A stretch of 41,515 nt of DNA from NCBI GenBank assembly GCA_035546695.1, contig DASZWL010000108.1, forward strand, positions 1-41,515. Direction: 5' to 3'. The notes beneath the pieces were generated by a model. The model had not been told where the DNA came from. It saw only the letters and a program-made list of their open reading frames with translations, and ran no database searches. Below, piece after piece: positions 17,943 to 25,600 of the stretch; position 1 is the first letter of the stretch; the number at the start of each line of letters is the position of its first letter. Position numbers and translations under genes: made by a program. Source of the stretch: Rhodanobacteraceae bacterium (GTDB taxonomy: Bacteria > Pseudomonadota > Gammaproteobacteria > Xanthomonadales > Rhodanobacteraceae).

Positions 17943-20900
17943 ATGAAGGACGTCCGGTTGCGATCATCGATGCTGCGCCGGTGCGCGGCAGCGGCGGGTC
18001 TCGCGCTGCTGTCCGCCGCGGGGCTCGTCGCGCATGCCGGCGCCGAGGCGCCGCCTCGCGATTTTCATTTCCAGACGCTCGGCACCGATCAGGGGCTCGC
18101 GCAAAACACGGTCACCGCGATGCTGCAGGATCGTGCGGGCTTTCTCTGGATCGGCACGCAGGCCGGCCTGCAACGCTTCGACGGTTACGCGTTCCGCTCG
18201 TTCGAGCCTTCCGCCGACGCGGACGCGGCGCCGGACGCGTCGGTTTCCGCGCTCGCCGAGGACGCCGACGGCGTGCTCTGGATCGGCACCGCCGGCGCGG
18301 GCATCGAGCGTCTCGATGCGGGACACGCGACCGTCGAGCGCGTACCGATGCCGGCGGGCGCGCCGCCCGAGCTCGCGAATATCCGCGCGCTGGCGCCGGG
18401 TGCGAAACATGCGCTCTGGGTCGGCACCGACGCGGGACTCGCGCGGCTCGACGCGAACGGCCTGCACCTCGATCCCTCGCTCGCGCTTCCGCACGGCGAA
18501 GGCCGCGCGGCACGCGTGCGTCAGCTTCGCCTGAACGACGACGGCACGCTCTGGATCGCGAGCACGCTCGGACTCTTCCGCCTGCCCGCCGATGGCGGCG
18601 CGCTCGAGCGAGTCGGCGCGGAGATCCTCGACGACGTGACCGCGCTCCTCGTCGATCATGCGCATCGGCTGTACGCCACGAGCTACGACGGCCTCTACCG
18701 CATCGAGACCGACGGCGCGCCGCGACGTATCTGGCCCGCGAGCGGCGGCCACACGGTCACCGCGATCGCCGAGGACACGCGCGGCAGGCTCTGGCTTGCG
18801 GCGCCGCACGAAGGACTCGTCGCGTTCGATCCCGAGCGCGGCGACGAGACGTGGCTCAAACCCGAGCGCAATGTCGCCGGCGCGCTGCCGGGCTCGCTGA
18901 TCTCGGGCCTGCTCGTCGATCGTTCCGGATTGCTATGGGTCGGCATGAGCGAACGCGGCCTCGCGCACGCCGACACGGCCGGCTCGATCTTCCAGGCGAT
19001 CGAGGATCCCGACGCCGAGCGCGACGCGGGATCGGACAACGTGCACGCGATCTTCGAGGACGCCACCGGCGGAATCTGGCTCGGCACCGACGGCGACGGC
19101 CTCAAGCGCTACGATCCCGCGACCGGCGCGTTCGATCGTTACGGCGACGTGCTCGCGCATGCATTCGCGTCGGTTCCGTCGAAGCATCCGGACCTGCGCG
19201 TCGCTTCGGCCAAGCGCGCCGATGCGCGTGCGCCGACGCCGGACCAGGCGCCCGAATTGCACGTCGAAGCGCTCGCCGGCACGGGCCTGGGACGCTTGTG
19301 GGTCGCGACGAACCGTGGCGTCGCGCTGTTCGATCCCGCGCGCCGCAGCGCGACCGTGCTGCCGCTCGACGACGACGCGGACGGAGGCCTCGCCGAAGCC
19401 GACGTGCGCAGCATCCTTTCCGCTCGCGACGGGCGGCTCTGGCTCGGCACGGCGTACAACGGACTCGCACGCTACGACGCGCCGGTCGAGCGCTGGCAGA
19501 TCCTGCGCGCCGATGCCGGCACGCCGCGGCTCGGCAGCAACACCGTCCTGGCGCTGCTCCAGGACCGGAGCGGCACGATCTGGGTCGGCACGCTGAACGG
19601 GCTCGACCGCATCGATCCCACCGGCAACGTCACATCGTTCCGACAGGATCCCGCCGATCCGCGCTCGCTCGCCGGCAACGTCGTGCGTGCGCTCCATGAA
19701 AGCGCCGACGGCACGATCTGGATCGGCACGCAGGCGGGATTGAATCGCGTCGACGGCGTCGAGGGCGGGCGCATGCGCTTCACGCACTGGCTGCCACGCG
19801 ACGGCTTGCCGAACGGCACGATCCTCGCGATCGGCGAGGACGCGATGGGCCGCCTCTGGCTGAGCTCGAACAAGGGCCTCGCGGCGTTCGACCGCAGCAA
19901 CCAGACGTTCCGCGCGTACGGTGCTTCCGACGGACTCCAGAGCACCGAGTTCAACAGCGGCGCGTTCGCTCCGCTGCGCGACGGGCGCCTCGCGTTCGGC
20001 GGCGTCGACGGGCTGACGCTGTTCTCGCCGCAGGCGATCGTCGCCAGCCGCTATCCGGCGCCGGTCGTCTTCACCGACGTCGACATCGGCAACACCGGCC
20101 GCCACGTGCTGCGCGATGCCGCGAGCGTGCGCATGGCGCAGGCCGATCGCGTCGTGCGCTTCGAATTCGCAGCGCTCGATTTCACGGCGCCCGAGCGCAA
20201 CCGCTTCATGTACCAGCTCGAAGGATTCGACGAGCGCTGGATCGACGCGGGCTCGCGCCACGAGGCGACGTACACGAACCTCGACGTCGGCCGCTATCGC
20301 TTTCGCGTGCGCGCCGCGAATCACGACGGCTACTGGAACGAGACACCGGCGACGCTGAACCTCGTCGTCGCGCCGCCGTGGTGGGCGGGAACCGAAGCGA
20401 AGCTCCTCTATCTCTTCGCCGCGATCGTCGGCGCGGCGATCTGGTGGAATGTATTGAAGCGGCGTCGGCAGGAACTCGCGCGGCACCAGCTCGACCTTCG
20501 CGAGCGCGAGGATCGGCTGCGCCTCGCGCTCTGGGGCTCGGGCGACGAGTTCTGGGACTGGGACATGAGGAACGACACGCTCTTCATCACCGGCGTCGGC
20601 GAGCTGCTGCGCAATCCGAACGAAGGCAAGCCGATCGCGGCGCGCGCATGGATCGAGGAGAACGTCCATCCCGACGATCTGCCGGTCGTGCAGCAGCGCA
20701 TCGACGAGCACGCCGCGGGGCTCACCGAGACGCTCGAATCGGAGCATCGCCTGCGCTCCGGCCGCGGCGACTGGATCTGGGTGCGCGCGCGCGCGCGCAT
20801 CGTCGAGCGCGACGAGAACGGGCAGCCGCTGCGCATGTGCGGCACGGCGCGCAACATCATGGCCAAGCGCGTCGCCGACCGCGAGCACCGCATCGCGCAG

Positions 20901-22583
20901 GAGGTCATCCGCAGCATGACCGAGGCGCTGACGGTGACGGATCTCGAGTTCCGTTTCGTCTCGGTCAATCCCGCGTTCACGCGCATGACCGGCTGGCGCG
21001 AGCACGAAGTCATCGGCAAGGTCGCATCGCTCCTCAACTGCTCGCAGCATCCGCCCGAGCACTATCTCGCGATGCGCGAGGCGCTCGAGCGCAACGGCCA
21101 CTGGCGCGGCGAGCTCTGGCAGCGGCGCAAGGACAACGAGGAATTCCTCTGCTGGCTCGAGCTCACCGAAGTGCGCGACGCGTCGGGCGCCCGCACGCAT
21201 TTCGTCGGCGTCTTGAACGACATCACCGATCGCAAGCGAGCCGAGCAGGAGCTTCGCTATCTCGCGAACTACGACACGCTCACCGGTTTGCCGAACCGCA
21301 CGCTGCTGAGCGAGCGTCTCGGCCACGCGATCATTCGCGCGCGGCGCGGCAATCGGAAGGTCGCCGTGCTGTTCCTCGATCTCGACCGCTTCAAGCACGT
21401 CAACGACTCGATGGGCCATGCGGCCGGCGATCGCATGCTGAAAGCGGCGGGCAGCCGATTGCGGCATGTCGTGCGCGAAGGCGACACGGTCGCGCGGCTC
21501 GGCGGCGATGAGTTCACGGTCGTGCTCGAAGACGTCGCCGGCAATCTCGAAGCCGAGCACATCGCGCAGAAAGTCATCGCGGCGTTCGACCAGCCGCTCG
21601 AGCTCGACAACGGGCAGGAGGTCGTGATCTCGCCGTCGATCGGCATCAGCTTCTATCCCGATCACGGGCAGGTGCCGACCGATCTCCTCAAGTTCGCCGA
21701 CACCGCGATGTACCAGGCGAAGGAGCGCGGGCGGCGCACATACATGGTCTATACCGAGGCGATGGACGCGGCTGCGCGGCTTCGCGCGACGACCGTCGCG
21801 GCGCTTCGCAAGGCCCTGGAACGCAACGAATTCACACTCGTCTATCAACCCAAGCTCTCGCTGCTCGACGAGCGCGTGACCGGCGTCGAGGCGCTCTTGC
21901 GCTGGCGCAGCGAAGATCTCGGCAACGTGCCGCCGACCTCGTTCATCCCGATCGCCGAAGAGACCGGCATGATCATCGAGATCGGCGATTGGGTCGTCGA
22001 TCAGGCCTGCGCGCAGCTTGCGCGCTGGCGCGACGCCGGCATCCGCGACGTGACGATGTCGGTGAACGTGTCGGTGCTGCAACTGCTCCGCGGCGAGCTG
22101 ACGCAGCGGCTCTGCGACATCCTCGCCGAGCACGACGTCGCGCCGAACCAGCTCGAGCTCGAGCTGACCGAATCGATGGTCATGGCGAATGCCGAGCAGT
22201 CGATCACGACGCTGCGACAGCTGAAGGCCGTCGGCGTGACGCTCGCGATCGACGATTTCGGCACCGGTTATTCGTCGCTGTCTTATCTCAAACGCCTGCC
22301 GATCGACACGCTCAAGATCGACAAGGAATTCGTCGGCGACATCACGACCGATCCCGACGACGAGGCGATCACGGCAACCGTCATCACGATGGCGCACTCG
22401 CTCGGGCTCAATGTCGTCGCCGAAGGCGTCGAGAGCGCCGAGCAGGTCGAGTATCTGCGCGAGCAGGGTTGCGACGAGATACAGGGGCACTGGCTTTCGC
22501 TACCGCTCGGTGCGGACCAATGTCTGAGCTTTTTGAGGGATCGCGCGATCCGGCGGCGCATCGCGTTGGGCGAGACGCGATAA
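17943..22583 (+). CDS. Membrane c-di-GMP enzyme: periplasmic Reg_prop beta-propellers + Y_Y_Y, TM, PAS-PAS, GGDEF, EAL (alternative start 17970)
   Basis: Repeated [ED]-x-x-G-x-[LI]W-[IV]GT-x-x-GL units; YQLEGFDERW/YTNL/YRFRVRAAN; PPWW-TM; two PAS domains; RLGGDEF; VEALLRW and DDFGTGYSSL. Confidence 0.92.
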   Translation: MKDVRLRSSMLRRCAAAAGLALLSAAGLVAHAGAEAPPRDFHFQTLGTDQGLAQNTVTAMLQDRAGFLWIGTQAGLQRFDGYAFRSFEPSADADAAPDASVSALAEDADGVLWIGTAGAGIERLDAGHATVERVPMPAGAPPELANIRALAPGAKHALWVGTDAGLARLDANGLHLDPSLALPHGEGRAARVRQLRLNDDGTLWIASTLGLFRLPADGGALERVGAEILDDVTALLVDHAHRLYATSYDGLYRIETDGAPRRIWPASGGHTVTAIAEDTRGRLWLAAPHEGLVAFDPERGDETWLKPERNVAGALPGSLISGLLVDRSGLLWVGMSERGLAHADTAGSIFQAIEDPDAERDAGSDNVHAIFEDATGGIWLGTDGDGLKRYDPATGAFDRYGDVLAHAFASVPSKHPDLRVASAKRADARAPTPDQAPELHVEALAGTGLGRLWVATNRGVALFDPARRSATVLPLDDDADGGLAEADVRSILSARDGRLWLGTAYNGLARYDAPVERWQILRADAGTPRLGSNTVLALLQDRSGTIWVGTLNGLDRIDPTGNVTSFRQDPADPRSLAGNVVRALHESADGTIWIGTQAGLNRVDGVEGGRMRFTHWLPRDGLPNGTILAIGEDAMGRLWLSSNKGLAAFDRSNQTFRAYGASDGLQSTEFNSGAFAPLRDGRLAFGGVDGLTLFSPQAIVASRYPAPVVFTDVDIGNTGRHVLRDAASVRMAQADRVVRFEFAALDFTAPERNRFMYQLEGFDERWIDAGSRHEATYTNLDVGRYRFRVRAANHDGYWNETPATLNLVVAPPWWAGTEAKLLYLFAAIVGAAIWWNVLKRRRQELARHQLDLREREDRLRLALWGSGDEFWDWDMRNDTLFITGVGELLRNPNEGKPIAARAWIEENVHPDDLPVVQQRIDEHAAGLTETLESEHRLRSGRGDWIWVRARARIVERDENGQPLRMCGTARNIMAKRVADREHRIAQEVIRSMTEALTVTDLEFRFVSVNPAFTRMTGWREHEVIGKVASLLNCSQHPPEHYLAMREALERNGHWRGELWQRRKDNEEFLCWLELTEVRDASGARTHFVGVLNDITDRKRAEQELRYLANYDTLTGLPNRTLLSERLGHAIIRARRGNRKVAVLFLDLDRFKHVNDSMGHAAGDRMLKAAGSRLRHVVREGDTVARLGGDEFTVVLEDVAGNLEAEHIAQKVIAAFDQPLELDNGQEVVISPSIGISFYPDHGQVPTDLLKFADTAMYQAKERGRRTYMVYTEAMDAAARLRATTVAALRKALERNEFTLVYQPKLSLLDERVTGVEALLRWRSEDLGNVPPTSFIPIAEETGMIIEIGDWVVDQACAQLARWRDAGIRDVTMSVNVSVLQLLRGELTQRLCDILAEHDVAPNQLELELTESMVMANAEQSITTLRQLKAVGVTLAIDDFGTGYSSLSYLKRLPIDTLKIDKEFVGDITTDPDDEAITATVITMAHSLGLNVVAEGVESAEQVEYLREQGCDEIQGHWLSLPLGADQCLSFLRDRAIRRRIALGETR

Positions 22584-22590
22584 AGACGAT

Positions 22591-22669
22591 AGCCGGGAGC
22601 CGGTAACCGTCAGCCGGAAAGCGAGGCTGAACCGCTCTTCGGCTGCGGGCTACCGGCTACCGGTTTCCG
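22591..22669. repeat. Degenerate inverted heptamer repeat (AGCCGGN)n ... (NCCGGCT)n
   Basis: AGCCGGG AGCCGGT AACCGTC AGCCGGA ... TTCGGCT GCGGGCT ACCGGCT ACCGGTT; can form a hairpin after the GGDEF-EAL stop. Confidence 0.6.
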
Positions 22670-22713
22670 TCTTTGGATCGGGAAATTCGACGTCTCTTCC
22701 ACACAAATCTTGA

Positions 22714-22722
22714 TGCTATATT
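22714..22722 (+). promoter_or_regulatory. Putative extended -10 element (TGC-TATATT), 6 nt before the ATG
   Basis: TGCTATATTGCCGCCATG; no Shine-Dalgarno before ATG 22729. Confidence 0.5.
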
Positions 22723-22728
22723 GCCGCC

Positions 22729-22947
22729 ATGTCCGCGCATGAAGAGAAGCTCCTTGCGATCGGCGACCGGGTCGACCGGCTGCTGGAGCTTTGCCGCACG
22801 CTGCAGGAAGAGAATCGCAGCCTGCGCCACAGCCAGGAGCAACTCGCGACCGAGCGCGCGCAGCTGCTCGCGCGCAACGAGCAGGCGCGATCGCGTGTCG
22901 AGGCGATGATCCTGCGCCTGAAATCGCTCGAGCAGAATCACGGATAG
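22729..22947 (+). CDS. TIGR02449 family coiled-coil protein (ZapB-like)
   Basis: LQEENRSLR...ERAQLLARNEQARSRVEAMILRLKSLEQ; directly upstream of zapA. Confidence 0.85.
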   Translation: MSAHEEKLLAIGDRVDRLLELCRTLQEENRSLRHSQEQLATERAQLLARNEQARSRVEAMILRLKSLEQNHG

Positions 22948-22950
22948 ACG

Positions 22951-23253
22951 ATGAGCGAGAGCGAGCCGGTCTCCGTTTCGATCCTCGATCGCGAATACCT
23001 CATCGCGTGCACGCCCGAAGAGCGCGCCGGCCTCATCGCGGCGGCGAGTTTCCTCGACGCGAAGATGCGCGAGATCCGCGCCGGCGCGAGATCGGCGAAC
23101 CTCGATCGCATCGCCGTGCTCGCGGCGCTCACGATCGCGCACGAGCTGATCGGCCTGCGCCAGCGCGAGTCGAACGACGCTGCCGCGCTGGCACATCACC
23201 TGCAAGCGATTCACGCGAAGCTTGAACGCGCGTTGCCGGGCTCCATACAATAG
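22951..23253 (+). CDS. zapA: Cell division protein ZapA
   Basis: VSILDREYLIAC, LDAKMREIR and RIAVLAALTIAHEL motifs. Confidence 0.93.
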   Translation: MSESEPVSVSILDREYLIACTPEERAGLIAAASFLDAKMREIRAGARSANLDRIAVLAALTIAHELIGLRQRESNDAAALAHHLQAIHAKLERALPGSIQ

Positions 23254-23261
23254 CCCCAGGT

Positions 23262-23443
23262 GTCCTCTGCGGTGCGCGACAGCGCACTCTTACATATTGC
23301 CTTGTTCCTATTGACGACCCGGGACAGGACGCTGAAGCCGGTGTGCATGTCCGCCACGCGCGGAAAGCCTGATGGCCTGGCCGACTCTCCCACCTGAACC
23401 CATGGTTCAAGGTCGTTCGATGCGCACCGCCATCGCGGAGGAT
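23262..23443 (+). ncRNA. ssrS: 6S RNA
   Basis: About 182 nt between zapA and ygfA; complementary ends (TCCTCTGCGGTGCGC / GCGCACCGC...GCGGAGGA) and the CTGAACCCATGGTTCAAG element typical of gammaproteobacterial 6S RNA. Confidence 0.9.
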
Positions 23444-23528
23444 GCCGTTGCTTTTGCGATCCGTCCTGGATCGCCGTTCCAGCCTTCGTTGACTTGCGCG
23501 TGGGGTGTCGCGAAGGATGACGTCCAGA

Positions 23529-23548
23529 TGCGGCCATCCATGGCCGCA
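23529..23548. repeat. Palindrome TGCGGCCATCCATGGCCGCA, core of a Xanthomonadales-type intergenic repeat
   Basis: Perfect inverted repeat seen directly; the family assignment is from recollection. Confidence 0.55.
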
Positions 23549-23665
23549 CTTTTCGAGTGAAGCACGGCTTCGAGTGAACGTGACCGCGCTCGGTTAAGAG
23601 CAAGAAAACGAAGCAAGGCACTGGTAGTCGCGCTCGGTGTGCCTGCCATATCCGAATCTTCCTGT

Positions 23666-23750
23666 CGTCATTCCGGCGAAAGCCGGACAAGCGCGAAGCG
23701 CGCAGAACGTCCGAAGGACGGCCCGAAGGGCGAGCGAAGCGAGTAATCCA
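23666..23750 (+). repeat. REP-like unit interrupted by a 58-bp GAA-minihairpin insert
   Basis: CGTCATTCCGGCGAAAGCCGG [23687-23744] AATCCA; the flanks rejoin into the exact unit seen at 11073-11099. Confidence 0.75.
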
Positions 23751-23805
23751 TTTGCTCTTCCTTAGTCATCCCCTTCGGCACGACGCACTCTGGCATCATG
23801 CGCGC

Positions 23806-24414
23806 ATGCCCTCGCCTGCCGACGCCGCGCGGAACGCCTTGCGTACGCAACTGCGCGAACGGCGCGCCGCGATCTCGACGGCCGATCGCATCGCCGCGAC
23901 GATGTCGCTCGTCGAGCATCTCGAAGCGATTCCCGAATTCCTCACCGACACGAACGTCGCCGGTTACTGGGCGATCGGCGGCGAGTTGCCGCTCGCGGCG
24001 ATCATCGGAAGTTTGCGCGCGCGCGGACAGGTCTATCATCTGCCCGTGATCGACGAGCACAAGCGCCTCAAATTCGCCGCGTGGTGGCCGGGCATGGATA
24101 TCGCGACGAACCGGCTCGGCATTCCGGAACCCGCGGACACCGATGCTTCGCTCGCGCCCGACGCGCTCGACGTGGTGCTCGTGCCGCTGCTCGGCTTCGA
24201 CCGGCGCGGACACCGGCTCGGCTTCGGCGGCGGCTATTACGATCGCAGCTTCGCATTCCTGCGCGATGTCGAACGGCCGGCGAAGCCGCTGCTCGTCGGG
24301 ATCGGGTACGCTCTGCAGGAAGTCGAACGCGTCCCGCATGAGGATTGGGACGTGCCGCTCGACTACGTCGCGACCGAGCGCGAACTGATCGACTTCACGA
24401 ACCCGGAACGCTGA
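23806..24414 (+). CDS. ygfA: 5-formyltetrahydrofolate cyclo-ligase
   Basis: NRLGIPEP, LVPLLGFDRRGHRLGFGGGYYDR and WDVPLD motifs; downstream of ssrS. Confidence 0.93.
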   Translation: MPSPADAARNALRTQLRERRAAISTADRIAATMSLVEHLEAIPEFLTDTNVAGYWAIGGELPLAAIIGSLRARGQVYHLPVIDEHKRLKFAAWWPGMDIATNRLGIPEPADTDASLAPDALDVVLVPLLGFDRRGHRLGFGGGYYDRSFAFLRDVERPAKPLLVGIGYALQEVERVPHEDWDVPLDYVATERELIDFTNPER

Positions 24415-24417
24415 CGC

Positions 24418-24867
<450 letters not shown>

Positions 24868-24940
24868 GCGCGTAGCTCGAAACGAAGTGCCAGCGAATCA
24901 TCGCGAGAGTTGAATGAACGCGCCGGGGAGCGCATCGACG

Positions 24941-25585
24941 ATGTCGAAAGACGAAGAAAAACGCGAAGCCGCCCGTGCGGCCATCCGCTACGTCGATGGC
25001 GCGCGCATCATTGGCGTCGGCACCGGCTCGACGGTCGCGCATTTCATCGACGCGCTGGCCGAGCGCAAGGGCGAGATCGACGCGGCGATCTCGAGCTCCG
25101 AGCAGTCGACGCGGCTCCTCGTCGAGCGCGGTATTCCGATCGCGAACCTCAACGATGTCGTCGGCATTCCGGTTTACGTCGACGGCGCCGACGAGTGCGA
25201 TCCCGGCAAACATCTGATCAAGGGCGGCGGTGGCGCATTGACGCGCGAGAAGATCATCGCGGCCGTCGCGACGAAATTCGTCTGCATCATCGACGCGGCC
25301 AAACGCGTCGACGTGCTCGGCAGATTCCCGCTGCCGATCGAAGTGATTCCGATGGCGCGCGGCTATGTGTCGCGCGAGATCGTGCGGCGCGGCGGCGAGC
25401 CGGTCTGGCGCGAGAGCTTCGTGACCGACAACGGCAACTGGATCCTCGACGTGCACGGCTGGCAGATCACCGATCCGGTCGCGATGGAGCACGATCTCAA
25501 CCAGATCGCTGGCGTCGTGACGGTCGGCCTCTTCGCGCAACGTCCCGCCGACATCGTGCTGATCGGCGATCACGAGATGCCATAG
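24941..25585 (+). CDS. rpiA: Ribose-5-phosphate isomerase A
   Basis: [26 protein letters not shown] and TDNGNWILD motifs. Confidence 0.96.
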   Translation: MSKDEEKREAARAAIRYVDGARIIGVGTGSTVAHFIDALAERKGEIDAAISSSEQSTRLLVERGIPIANLNDVVGIPVYVDGADECDPGKHLIKGGGGALTREKIIAAVATKFVCIIDAAKRVDVLGRFPLPIEVIPMARGYVSREIVRRGGEPVWRESFVTDNGNWILDVHGWQITDPVAMEHDLNQIAGVVTVGLFAQRPADIVLIGDHEMP

Positions 25586-25600
25586 CGGCGCCCGCAGCGA

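Noticed and set aside
18933-22490. 1185-aa antisense ORF
   Set aside because: Antisense shadow of the GGDEF-EAL gene, expected from high-GC codon bias; no recognisable motifs.
23211-23690. ORFs across the zapA-ygfA gap
   Set aside because: They overlap the 6S RNA and repeat elements and have no protein-like features.
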